The position numbers and the translations under genes were made by a program. Under the pieces are notes generated by a model. The model made no database searches. It saw only the letters and a program-made list of their open reading frames with translations, and was not told where the DNA came from. Positions 20,453 to 29,673 of a stretch of DNA of 64,000 nt are shown piece after piece (positions within the stretch are counted from its first letter, which is position 1; every line of letters starts with the position of its first letter). The stretch comes from a virus. The stretch is from the IMG/VR virus record IMGVR_UViG_3300020185_004010, positions 8,764 through 72,763 of that record; one strand, given 5' to 3'.

Positions 20453-23400
20453 TTAAGTAGTGTGCTTGTTGTCTTTTAGGATTATTTCTTGTAACTCTTT
20501 TCCATCTATTTGCAGCTGTACAATATGAGTAACAGTTGAGGATTCTGCTCTATTTACTTCTGCAACAAATTTACCCATTTCAGCTCCTCCTTCTGCCATT
20601 ATTTCTGCTAACTTTTCTAACTTAGACACATTCATACCTTTTACGGCAGACTCTAATTGCAGAACTCCTGCAGCCATTCTCTCTATTCCGTCAGCACCCA
20701 TAGCTAGGTTTGGACCTAAACTAATCATAACCCATTTCAGCTCATTTAAAGCTTCTAACATTAATGCTATACCAAATAAAACAAATGGATTGAAAAACAT
20801 CAATCCTGCCAATGCAAACCCTACCAATGCAGGACCTAAAGCTTTAAGTCCACCAGCTAAAACATATAAACCCTTCCATTCGGGGTCAGCCAATGCCACA
20901 AGATATGGTACTGCTATTGCCAAAAAAGGTGCAGCAGCAGCTAACATTACAGCCCCTATAAGTAATCCTACGCCTGCAATTATAGTTCCGAAACCAAAGG
21001 CAGATATGGCCTCTGCGAAAGGAGCTAAACCGCTCCAGTCGGCATCTTTAATTTCCTCCAAAGGCCCCATTGCGGTCTTTAAAAATTCTCCTGCCAAAGA
21101 TAGTGTTACTGCAGCCACCAATAAAGCGATACCTGCAATCATTAAGCCAGCAGCTCCTAAAAGCAAAAATGGCAATACGTACATCATGCCAACCCCTAAA
21201 AGAGTCAATAATACAACAACTAAAAGGGCCACACCTACACCAGCCAAAACATTTAACCAATCAACATCACTCATCATTTGTGCAGCGTATGCAAAAGGTA
21301 TTAATGCAACTCCCATTATAGCCATAGCAACAGCACCTAAGACAACATCTTTCATGCTCATCTTTCCAAGTATTTTAGTTGCAAACCATAAACCTCCTGC
21401 CATAATTACCATAGAAGCTGCAGCTGCAGCAAGCTGAGCACCATCAGGACTTCCTGTTGCAGCTATTCCTAACATAAATATAGCAACTGCTGCACCAATA
21501 GTTAGGAGTGCAAATCCCATTTTTAATATGTTTTTATATTCAACCTTTTCAAAAGATTGTATTCCGTCTGCTAAGGACTTCATCCAACCTCCACCACCGC
21601 CTCCTGGGTCTTTTGGTGGACTTGGCATTTGACTTGCTTGTCCGCCGCCGCCGCCGCCGCCGCTCTTGAAAACACTTTTAATTCCTTTTAAAAATCCGCC
21701 ACCTTTTTGTCCTATGGCAAAACCTCTACCTTGAGCAATTCCATTAAGATAAGCTTTAGCTGGTCCGAACAAAATTGCAGCCCCAGTTAAAAACACTCCA
21801 AAAGCAAGTTTCAAAGCATATGGAGCAGTATTAAGATATGAAACAAAAGATGTTAGTGCAGATATTATAGGTTCCAAGAAAGGGATTAGAGTGTTAATGA
21901 CAGAATTTTTCAAATTCTCAATGCTATCCATTAAGCTCTGATTTTCTGCAGCTTGGTTTTCTAAGTTCTGTTTCTTATCTTTCTCAGCTTGCATTGCTTC
22001 TTGAATTTGTTCTTGAGTTAAATTTTCCAAATCACCCAAACCATCAACACCAGCATTAACCTTTAACTCTCCATCTTTCATGCTTGTAGCATTCATTAAA
22101 AAAGCCTTTTCTTCATCAGACAAATCAGCGCCCAACATACTATCTGGTAACATGTTTAATTTTTGGTTATCTTGTGCATTTTTAGCAATCATATTTTGAA
22201 GACTATCCATAGATTGTCCTGTTGTATCAGCTACCATTTGTAACCTATCAACATCTACTGGGTCGAATTGGTACTCCCCAGTTTCTTCATTAAAAGAACC
22301 AATGTCTGAACCCATTTGACCTAATAGCTTCTGTAACTCTTCTGGGCCTTTACGTGCAGCAGAAAGTAATTGCATTGGGTCTATTGCAGCAAATGAACCT
22401 CCTGCAAGTTGTAGTTCAGCAGCCATTTCCATAGCTCCTTCAATATTTCTAGCCCTATTTGCTGTTTCAAAAACATCATCAATGTTCATACCTAAACGCT
22501 TAGACTCTAAAACCATCCTCCTTAAAGAAGCTTCTCCTCCTGTGAAACCTCCTTTACGCATTTTAGCCATACCTTTGGCCATCTCTTGCATCACCTCTTT
22601 TCCATTAAGGCCATAAGCAGCAGCATCTTTCATTGTCTCAGCAGCATCTTCAGCCATTTTTTTAGTATCTGAGCCGAACATTACATATTCCTTTGATAGT
22701 TGGGCCATCTCCTCTACATTCAAACCTGTAGCTTGACCCATTGCAGCCAAATCGTTTGCGGCCTCAGCTAATACTTCAAAATTTGTTGTACGAAGATGTT
22801 CACCTAACTTGCCCATCATCTCAGTTGTATCTCCAAGATTCATACCAAAGCGTGCGGTTTGAGAAGTAAGCTCAGACATTCCAGCAGAGTTATCAGAGAA
22901 AGCTATACCCGTATCAATTTGTGCCTTTTTTATTGTTTCGTCATACTTTAATGCTGAACTTATTAAAGAATCTAGTTTAAAACTTTCAGTTAATTTGCCA
23001 CCCATAGCACTCAACCCTTTGCTCATGTCAAACACTGTTTCTTGAGCATCCTCCATCTGGTCATTAACTATATCTAATTGAGTATTTAAATCTTGAGATT
23101 CAGCCAAGGCATCCTTAAAAGGTTCTACTAAATTTGCTGGGAGGTCTGCTTCATTAACTATTTTATCAACTAAATCATCTCCAAATTCACCCATATCTTG
23201 TAATATGGTACTAATACTAACTCCTTCCCCTTCTGCCTTTGCAAAAGCTTCTGCAAGCTTGTCTGCTTGCTCAGTGCTTATTCCCAACTTATCAGAAAGT
23301 TCGCTAGAACTATCTAAAGATACTCCTAGACCTTCTGCTATATCATTAAAAGTTTTGTCTAAAGCATCTGCAGCAGTTTGAGCATCTGCCTCAATAGATT

Positions 23401-23617
23401 TGGCTGTTTCTGCAAGGTCTGCTATTTTCGCATTATATTCATCGTTGGTTAAATTTCTAAAAAATTCATTTCCACCAATTCCAGCGAAAGTAGTTGATAA
23501 TTGATTAACAAGTTTTTGTTGCTGCTCCATAGATTTGGCAGCTTTTTCCATAGCAGAATTATATGCTTGAGCTCTTTTTAACGCATCTCCACTAAGTCCT
23601 TTTTCGTTTGCTGCCAT
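20453..23617 (-). CDS. Tail tape measure protein
   Basis: 1054 aa, Ala/Glu/Met-rich helical N-terminal half and hydrophobic Ala/Gly-rich C-terminal half, ending in LQIDGKELQEII. Lies upstream of the baseplate genes. Confidence 0.85.
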   Translation of the reverse strand: MAANEKGLSGDALKRAQAYNSAMEKAAKSMEQQQKLVNQLSTTFAGIGGNEFFRNLTNDEYNAKIADLAETAKSIEADAQTAADALDKTFNDIAEGLGVSLDSSSELSDKLGISTEQADKLAEAFAKAEGEGVSISTILQDMGEFGDDLVDKIVNEADLPANLVEPFKDALAESQDLNTQLDIVNDQMEDAQETVFDMSKGLSAMGGKLTESFKLDSLISSALKYDETIKKAQIDTGIAFSDNSAGMSELTSQTARFGMNLGDTTEMMGKLGEHLRTTNFEVLAEAANDLAAMGQATGLNVEEMAQLSKEYVMFGSDTKKMAEDAAETMKDAAAYGLNGKEVMQEMAKGMAKMRKGGFTGGEASLRRMVLESKRLGMNIDDVFETANRARNIEGAMEMAAELQLAGGSFAAIDPMQLLSAARKGPEELQKLLGQMGSDIGSFNEETGEYQFDPVDVDRLQMVADTTGQSMDSLQNMIAKNAQDNQKLNMLPDSMLGADLSDEEKAFLMNATSMKDGELKVNAGVDGLGDLENLTQEQIQEAMQAEKDKKQNLENQAAENQSLMDSIENLKNSVINTLIPFLEPIISALTSFVSYLNTAPYALKLAFGVFLTGAAILFGPAKAYLNGIAQGRGFAIGQKGGGFLKGIKSVFKSGGGGGGGQASQMPSPPKDPGGGGGGWMKSLADGIQSFEKVEYKNILKMGFALLTIGAAVAIFMLGIAATGSPDGAQLAAAAASMVIMAGGLWFATKILGKMSMKDVVLGAVAMAIMGVALIPFAYAAQMMSDVDWLNVLAGVGVALLVVVLLTLLGVGMMYVLPFLLLGAAGLMIAGIALLVAAVTLSLAGEFLKTAMGPLEEIKDADWSGLAPFAEAISAFGFGTIIAGVGLLIGAVMLAAAAPFLAIAVPYLVALADPEWKGLYVLAGGLKALGPALVGFALAGLMFFNPFVLFGIALMLEALNELKWVMISLGPNLAMGADGIERMAAGVLQLESAVKGMNVSKLEKLAEIMAEGGAEMGKFVAEVNRAESSTVTHIVQLQIDGKELQEIILKDNKHTT
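21642..21662. repeat. (CCG)7 microsatellite encoding a poly-Gly run in the tape measure protein
   Basis: ccgccgccgccgccgccgccg is seen directly and encodes SGGGGGGGQ. Confidence 0.9.
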
Positions 23618-23683
23618 TTTATCGAATTATATTATTAATAAATATAGTTCAATAAAAATATTTAAATACAAAATAAAGTAAAT

Positions 23684-23717
23684 AAAAAAAAGGATGATTT
23701 AAGTCATCCTTTTTTTT
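23684..23717. terminator. Bidirectional-type intrinsic terminator
   Basis: Perfect inverted repeat AAAAAAAAGGATGA-TTTAAG-TCATCCTTTTTTTT. Confidence 0.85.
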
Positions 23718-23735
23718 ATTTAATTTTTATAAATT

Positions 23736-24308
23736 TTATCTACTTCCCTTTCTTCCTCCATAGAAATCTCTAAGATAACTTTCTCTTTGATTTGGAGTCA
23801 TAGATTGCATTTTTGAATTCATCCAAGAACCCGTTTCTCCTATGGCATCTGTTAAGTGGTTTGTATTTGTTTTGTAGTAAGCTCTAGAGCCACCTCTCCT
23901 AATTCCGCCAGCTCCAGGAACAATATTTAAAGGTCTTCCAATTGGATTTTGATTCCATCCACCAACTATCCAAACGCCTCTAATGGACTGTACAATTAAA
24001 TATACATAAACAGTAGCTCGCATTAAAGTTTCCATACTTTCTCCAAAATTGAAAAAGTCCACAAATGAATTTACCATGCTTTCATTAAATAAAATAAATG
24101 CATTAATTGCAAAAAAGAAAATCCCCATAATAACTATGGCTAATGGATTTCTCCAATTTTTATTTGGACCCGTAAAAAACAGTTGAAAAACAAAAGCAAT
24201 AGATGTTGCAATAAAGTTAGAACTAGAGTTACCCTTAACATCATTAACTACCACATCGTCACCTGGGTGTTTGCCATATCTTTTTTCATATTCTTTAAAT
24301 TTGCTCAT
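23736..24308 (-). CDS. Hypothetical membrane protein
   Basis: 190 aa with 2-3 hydrophobic stretches (FIATSIAFVFQLFF, PLAIVIMGIFFFAINAFILF, ATVYVYLIVQSIRGVWIV). Confidence 0.7.
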   Translation of the reverse strand: MSKFKEYEKRYGKHPGDDVVVNDVKGNSSSNFIATSIAFVFQLFFTGPNKNWRNPLAIVIMGIFFFAINAFILFNESMVNSFVDFFNFGESMETLMRATVYVYLIVQSIRGVWIVGGWNQNPIGRPLNIVPGAGGIRRGGSRAYYKTNTNHLTDAIGETGSWMNSKMQSMTPNQRESYLRDFYGGRKGSR

Positions 24309-24361
24309 AATTTTATTTTTAAGATTTATTATATAAACGAGTTAATATGAAAAATATTACA

Positions 24362-25879
24362 TTAATATATGATTTTTTTTATAATTTTTGAAATAGACAA
24401 GCTTTCGTTTGTTGCTATTTTGCTCTTAAGGCTGTTAACTTTAGCTTTACTTTTGGCTGTTGTTGCTTTTTTTATTTTCTTAACCTTTGGTTTTGAATTT
24501 ATTTCTTTTTTTATGCTATCCATATAGCGTTGAGATACATTGTCAGCAACTATATTATTAATGACTTGTTGTCTAAAATTAGAAAAATAAGACATTATTC
24601 TATCTCTTTCTGCATCTTTATCCTTAAAAGTTTCGCCCTTTTGCTTAGGGTATAAGAAAGCTAATGCTGGGTAATTTCCATAACCATCTATCCTACCTTC
24701 TTTTGCTAGTCTTTTAAAAAAGTTTATATACTTAAAAAACCTTTCAGAATCTATATCTTCTATAAATTTTAAAACTTTTTCTGACAACTCTTTATCGTTA
24801 TTTAAGTCTATTTTATATCCACCAGGCATAGTTTTAAAGCCTGCTCTTTTTGTTTTTAAACTTAATTTACTAATAACTTCTTCCTCTTCGGAACTAGACG
24901 CTTTACCTCCTTCTGCTTCCTTTTCTTCGTAATCAGATGTTTTCACCTCTATTGACTGGACACCTTTGTCTACATCCACTACCCCAGGTATACTAAAAGT
25001 GCTTCCGACAGTTATGTTTGATGTTTCGAAATCACCTTCACTTCTATTATACATCTCCCAAGAAACATCTATACCATTTATCTTCATATTCAAAGAATCA
25101 TAATCAACTCCTTTATCTACTCTAAGCAAATGCTCTGTATCATTGTTATCTATTATCTTTATTTGTAATCCTTTTTTAACTTGTATAATAGATAACTTTT
25201 TGTGATTAGTGTTTTCTTTTGCCATCCTAAGACCCATTACAAATCCAGAACCAATAGATGAACCTCCTGACTTAAAATCCCAAGGCTCTATTTTATACCC
25301 ATCAGCACTACCCAAATAATAACCATCTATCATCTGTCCACCAGTAATAGCTCCACCCTTAAAGACGCCCATAAAAGCACCACTTAACCACTCTCCTCTA
25401 AATGTAATTAACTGCCCTTTTACGGCACCTCTAGCTTTTCTTTTAGATTTTGTTAATCCTAAAGTTTCAGCTTTCCAAGCTCCTTTAAACAACCACTTTA
25501 AAGAGGGATGAAGCTTTTCCACCTTTGACTGATTAGATGAGTGTACCAAAGTGCCTTTTGAATTTGTTTCTTTTTCATCAACTTCAAAAGCTAAAAAAGG
25601 AATTAATAAGTCATCAATTTTTTTAGAATAATTGTCTCCAACCTTGTAAAGACCAGGCTTTCCCATTGCTGCCTTTGTTTCACTTTTAGAACCCGAAGAT
25701 GCTACATAACTTTTATAGTTTTTATTTGGAGTTTTTGGGTCTGAACCTTTAGCATCAGAATCTGTATAACGATTTCCACCCAAACCAGAAGCAAAAGACT
25801 TTAACTTATGTCCAATTCCTCCTAGAATTTCATCCAATTTCTTATCAATATCCTCTATGTTATCTTCGTAATTATCCAT
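24362..25879 (-). CDS. Hypothetical protein, possible internal head protein
   Basis: 505-aa ORF with phage-like composition. N-terminal KKLDEILGG, Gly-rich GEWLSGAFMGVFKGG segment and C-terminal NESLSISKIIKKII. Confidence 0.6.
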   Translation of the reverse strand: MDNYEDNIEDIDKKLDEILGGIGHKLKSFASGLGGNRYTDSDAKGSDPKTPNKNYKSYVASSGSKSETKAAMGKPGLYKVGDNYSKKIDDLLIPFLAFEVDEKETNSKGTLVHSSNQSKVEKLHPSLKWLFKGAWKAETLGLTKSKRKARGAVKGQLITFRGEWLSGAFMGVFKGGAITGGQMIDGYYLGSADGYKIEPWDFKSGGSSIGSGFVMGLRMAKENTNHKKLSIIQVKKGLQIKIIDNNDTEHLLRVDKGVDYDSLNMKINGIDVSWEMYNRSEGDFETSNITVGSTFSIPGVVDVDKGVQSIEVKTSDYEEKEAEGGKASSSEEEEVISKLSLKTKRAGFKTMPGGYKIDLNNDKELSEKVLKFIEDIDSERFFKYINFFKRLAKEGRIDGYGNYPALAFLYPKQKGETFKDKDAERDRIMSYFSNFRQQVINNIVADNVSQRYMDSIKKEINSKPKVKKIKKATTAKSKAKVNSLKSKIATNESLSISKIIKKIIY

Positions 25880-25883
25880 TTTA

Positions 25884-26378
25884 TTATTTTTTAAGTTGTA
25901 GCCAACTTTTTACAAAATTATTATTAACTGATGAAGGATTCTTTCTTTCTAAATATTTATTAACCTTTTTAGATAGTTCATTTAAGTCTTTTACAACTTT
26001 TGCACTCAAAGCATTATTTCTTCCAACAACATTGTCAAAACCCCTTTTCATTAGTTGCTTGTATTCTTTAACAAATTCTTCTACTTTATTTGTAAAAGAA
26101 TCCTTATCGCTTCCTTGATATCTGTCTACAATAATAGAAACAACTTTTTCAAACTCCTTATTTATAAGCATTTCATTTGTTTTATCTAGAGTGTTTGATG
26201 TATCAAAAGCAGGATGTTCATACCAGCTATTTATATTTTCTGTAGACTTATTAACATCTTTTCCAGAGCTCATCTTTCTTTTTTTTAGAAACTTAAAATT
26301 ACCAAACATTCCACCTGGTGGTGCTTCATTTAGAAGTGTTTCTCTAACTAATTTTCTAATATCTTCTTTTGAATTCAT
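25884..26378 (-). CDS. Hypothetical protein, possible internal head protein
   Basis: 164 aa starting MNSKEDIRKLVRETLLNEA, preceded by the TATTTATA motif and a terminator. Confidence 0.6.
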   Translation of the reverse strand: MNSKEDIRKLVRETLLNEAPPGGMFGNFKFLKKRKMSSGKDVNKSTENINSWYEHPAFDTSNTLDKTNEMLINKEFEKVVSIIVDRYQGSDKDSFTNKVEEFVKEYKQLMKRGFDNVVGRNNALSAKVVKDLNELSKKVNKYLERKNPSSVNNNFVKSWLQLKK

Positions 26379-26417
26379 TTAAAAAGTATTTATAGGTATA
26401 AATAGTAATTTTTTTAC

Positions 26418-26446
26418 AAAAAAAAAGCTCAAAATTTAATTTGAGC
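26418..26446 (-). terminator. Intrinsic terminator
   Basis: Minus strand GCTCAAA-TTAAAT-TTTGAGC followed by nine T. Confidence 0.75.
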
Positions 26447-26470
26447 CTTAAAGTTTATACGTTTTTTGTT

Positions 26471-26674
26471 TTAACGAATACTTTTCACTTCTATAACCGC
26501 ATAAAACCACCCACTATCAGTGTTTGTATTTAACATATCACATACCTTGTCTGCTTCCTTGGGGCTTTTAGCTTCGTAAACTTCAGAGTTTCCATCTAAC
26601 ATTAAAACATGAGCAACAGTTCCATCGGGACGTTTCATTATTTTTTTTATCTGGTATGAGCTCTTGTGAGACAT
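26471..26674 (-). CDS. Small hypothetical protein
   Basis: 67-aa ORF in the same orientation as its neighbours, closely spaced and ending before a terminator. Confidence 0.7.
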   Translation of the reverse strand: MSHKSSYQIKKIMKRPDGTVAHVLMLDGNSEVYEAKSPKEADKVCDMLNTNTDSGWFYAVIEVKSIR

Positions 26675-26681
26675 TGTCTTG

Positions 26682-27059
26682 TTATTGATTAATCAAATGA
26701 TAAAACTCACTCTCCTTTGCTTCAACAATAGACTTCACTTTCTCATTCAATAAACTATTTCTTGAACTAGTAAATAAATTTGCTAAAGAATCAAATTCAG
26801 ACTGATTCATTGAGAAATCTTTATAATTTACAAACTCTCCAAAAACTACACCTAAAGAATAGTCATAACCAGTCGTTCCTTTTGTAGTTTCTTGTGCAGA
26901 TATATAAAGAGATATTCCATCTGATATATTTAACACATAATAAGGACTTCCATCAGAACCTTCAACCAAAAATGAAGTTTCTTGACTTAATGTGTTGCAC
27001 ATTCTCGTCCACAATGATATTATTTGCTCTTTTCTAAGTGTTGATTTTTCGTTTCTCAT
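26682..27059 (-). CDS. Hypothetical protein
   Basis: 125-aa ORF with normal composition, operon-like spacing to the next gene. Confidence 0.7.
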   Translation of the reverse strand: MRNEKSTLRKEQIISLWTRMCNTLSQETSFLVEGSDGSPYYVLNISDGISLYISAQETTKGTTGYDYSLGVVFGEFVNYKDFSMNQSEFDSLANLFTSSRNSLLNEKVKSIVEAKESEFYHLINQ

Positions 27060-27159
27060 TTTTTGTTTTTTGTTTTTATTATCCTAAAAAAACAAGGATA
27101 ATCAATAATATCTGCTAATTTAAAGATAAAATATCTTATATCAAAAATTTAACTCACTT

Positions 27160-28155
27160 TTATCTGCTTGGCGCCTTAGACTTAGCATCACTTCTAGCTT
27201 TACTAGCCGCCTGTCTGTCTGCTTTGTTTTTCTTTTCTACCTCCTCTTGTATTCTTTGCATTACCCACCTTCTTTCATATACAGGCATATTAAAAACGTC
27301 ATCTCTAGAAAATCCACCTTTACCATAATATGTTATTAAAAATATTTCATCCATCATATGCTGTCTATACTCTACGTTTAACCCAAAGAAGTTGCCGTCC
27401 AATGGTATTTTGCTTGTTGTAATATGACCACAAGATTCACACTCCGTATGTATTTTGTTTTGCACTCCTGGCTCTACCTTATCCATATAAGACCTAAAAG
27501 AAGAAGAGTCGCTTAATGACATGTTTTTTATAACTTTTTTAATAAAATCTTCATTTGCTATACCATTTACACTCGTTATTTGATTTCTGTAAGTAGCCTC
27601 TATTCTATTATCAATTTTTACTCCTTTAATTTTTTTTGATTCTTGTTCTATAATTTTCAATATCCTTCTCTCGTCACCTAATGTTTTAGGCTTAAACTTA
27701 ATTACAACATTTTCCTTGCTTATTTTCATTTTAGGTAAAGTAAATGTATATTCTAAATTTTCATCTGGCATGTCTTCATCGCTAACTTCTTTCATTTCCA
27801 GTTCAGACAAATTAAAACTTGACTGACTTTCTATGTTGCAATTTCCACATTTGAAGTCGTAAGGAATTTTATCCCCATAAGAAGTAGACCTTAAGTATAC
27901 CATAAAAGCATCCCTGTCGCCTATTAATAAATTATCTATATCACCATCCCAATCTAGCAAGCAAGAGCTCATAAGCATTTCTAATGCTCTTCCAGAATCT
28001 ATTAAAGTTGGAGATGTTAAGAGATTTTCTTCTTTTGCAGTAACGTATTTAACTAGAAAAGTTTCTTTTTTGTCTTTATAGAAAATGCCCCTTGATGGAA
28101 TAGAAATTTCGTCAAAGGGCACATTGTTATTTTTTACTATATCTCTATACAGCAT
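27160..28155 (-). CDS. Baseplate hub assembly protein (T4 gp26-like) with a C-terminal gp51/chaperone-like extension
   Basis: IPSRGIFY...VKYVTAKEENLLTS...LLIGDRDAFMVYLRSTSYG, two CxxC pairs, then YRQHMMDEIFLITYYGKGGFSRDDVFNMPVYERRW. Confidence 0.75.
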   Translation of the reverse strand: MLYRDIVKNNNVPFDEISIPSRGIFYKDKKETFLVKYVTAKEENLLTSPTLIDSGRALEMLMSSCLLDWDGDIDNLLIGDRDAFMVYLRSTSYGDKIPYDFKCGNCNIESQSSFNLSELEMKEVSDEDMPDENLEYTFTLPKMKISKENVVIKFKPKTLGDERRILKIIEQESKKIKGVKIDNRIEATYRNQITSVNGIANEDFIKKVIKNMSLSDSSSFRSYMDKVEPGVQNKIHTECESCGHITTSKIPLDGNFFGLNVEYRQHMMDEIFLITYYGKGGFSRDDVFNMPVYERRWVMQRIQEEVEKKNKADRQAASKARSDAKSKAPSR

Positions 28156-28160
28156 AATGA

Positions 28161-29111
28161 TTATACATTAGCATTAGGCCAGAAAAGTTTTGCTGTTATA
28201 GGAACATCTTGTGAATAGTGATGGCCACAATTGTCGCAATCAAAACCATAATTCAAGTCTATTCCTGGTTCTATTTCTTTTAAATATTCTCTAAAGAAAA
28301 AACTGTCTGCTATAGGCATAACTCCTATGAATTTTTTAATGTAAGTTTTATCCCTATTTCCATTAACATCCATAATTTGCAATAAATATCTTTCTGTAAG
28401 AACTGTTGCAACCTTAAACTTTCCTTTCATGGTCTTTTTTCCTGATTCATTAACTTTTTGTAATCTAGTCTCATCTGCACCAGTTAAAAGTCTAAATCTA
28501 ACATTTGCCTTACACTTTGGAAGCATAACGCTAAACAACCCTTCAGAGTCAGGCTTGTCTGCCATGTCTCTTGTGCCTAAAGATGATAATAAAATAGATT
28601 TATTATTAACTTCACTACAACTAGGACAAGTTGTTTTAGTTTCATATTCATCACCATAACCAGTAATTCTTAAATTAATCAAAACAGCATTCCTATCACC
28701 AGTTAACATTTCATCGGGCGTTATCTCTTTGTCAATTAATGCATTTTGAAGCAATACATCTAAAACTTTACCACTCTTAATTAAGTCGCTACTTGTTAAA
28801 ATGTTTTCATCCTCAGCAGTTAAATACTTTACTTCAACTCTATTTTTTCCATTTGGATAAAACAACCCTCCAGAGGGTAGGTCTATAAAGTCTGTTGGAA
28901 CTTCAAATTCAGTATCTACAAATTGAGCTGGTATTTCATGTTTATCAGCAACGGCTCTAGCTCTAGATTGAGATGTTTCATCTGGGCTAGGTTGACTAGG
29001 TTCACCATTCTGGTTAGTACCAGGTTGAGTTCTTGGCTGTACTTTTGGCTCTAAAGGATTATTTTCATTAGTTGCTTGTTTTTCAGTACCTAAATTAATT
29101 TCTTCTGACAT
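28161..29111 (-). CDS. Baseplate hub assembly protein (T4 gp26-like), paralog
   Basis: LPSGGLFY...VKYLTAEDENILTS...MLTGDRNAVLINLRITGYG, CPSC and CDNC, ends LFWPNANV. Confidence 0.8.
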   Translation of the reverse strand: MSEEINLGTEKQATNENNPLEPKVQPRTQPGTNQNGEPSQPSPDETSQSRARAVADKHEIPAQFVDTEFEVPTDFIDLPSGGLFYPNGKNRVEVKYLTAEDENILTSSDLIKSGKVLDVLLQNALIDKEITPDEMLTGDRNAVLINLRITGYGDEYETKTTCPSCSEVNNKSILLSSLGTRDMADKPDSEGLFSVMLPKCKANVRFRLLTGADETRLQKVNESGKKTMKGKFKVATVLTERYLLQIMDVNGNRDKTYIKKFIGVMPIADSFFFREYLKEIEPGIDLNYGFDCDNCGHHYSQDVPITAKLFWPNANV

Positions 29112-29205
29112 AATTTATTTTATTTTTATTTATTACTTATAAATAGTGTTGTCTAATTTTTTATAAAAATAATCAAGCATTACCAAAAGTAAACAATAGT
29201 TTATT

Positions 29206-29673
29206 ATGAATGAAGAAGAAAAAAAGAAAAAAGTAGCGTCCATATTGAGGAGGACAAAAAAAAAGCTGCTTAAACCAAAGAATAAAATAAAAAAAATAAA
29301 ATATCTTCAAGCTCAATCTTATAGAATGAGCAAAAATACAACATGGCCAGAAAGAGAGTTTGAGTCAGTATTAAAAGAAATGGGAATAAAGTATGAGTCT
29401 CAAAAAATATTAAGAGGAAAAATATTTGACTACTACATACCTTCTTGCAATGTGTTATGTGAAGTTGATGGTGATTACTACCATGGAAATCCAGAAAAAT
29501 ATGAAGTATTAAGCGAAATGCAAAAAAAAATAAAGCAAAATGATAGATACAAAAATATAATATCTAAAGGTATGGGCTATGGAATATTTAGAGTTTGGGA
29601 GTCTGAACTAAAGGAAGATAGAGAACTTGTAAAAGAAAGAATTAGAAATGAGATACTAGTTCAAAAACTCTAA
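29206..29673 (+). CDS. Vsr/DUF559-like endonuclease
   Basis: TWPEREFESVLKEMGIKYESQ...FDYYIP...LCEVDGDYYHG...QNDRYKN...GYGIFRVWESE. Lys-rich N-terminus. Overlaps the recD2 3' end by 18 nt. Confidence 0.8.
   Translation: MNEEEKKKKVASILRRTKKKLLKPKNKIKKIKYLQAQSYRMSKNTTWPEREFESVLKEMGIKYESQKILRGKIFDYYIPSCNVLCEVDGDYYHGNPEKYEVLSEMQKKIKQNDRYKNIISKGMGYGIFRVWESELKEDRELVKERIRNEILVQKL

Noticed and set aside
20790-21437. 215-aa plus-strand ORF and other plus-strand ORFs inside long genes (e.g. 288-608, 19868-20326, 36096-36590, 39333-39842, 51558-52064)
   Set aside because: They lie antisense to well-supported genes, show mirror-image composition, and have no promoter motif or recognisable domains, so they are shadow ORFs.
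26387-26394. Canonical T4 late promoter TATAAATA on the sense strand
   Set aside because: This is the only such sense-oriented copy I noticed in front of a gene, and it sits beside a TATTTATA copy. The consistent signal across genes has the opposite orientation.
27077-27101. Inverted repeat ATTATCCT-9-AGGATAAT downstream of the gp26-like genes as a terminator
   Set aside because: It has no U-tract on the transcribed (minus) strand and a weak AT-rich stem.
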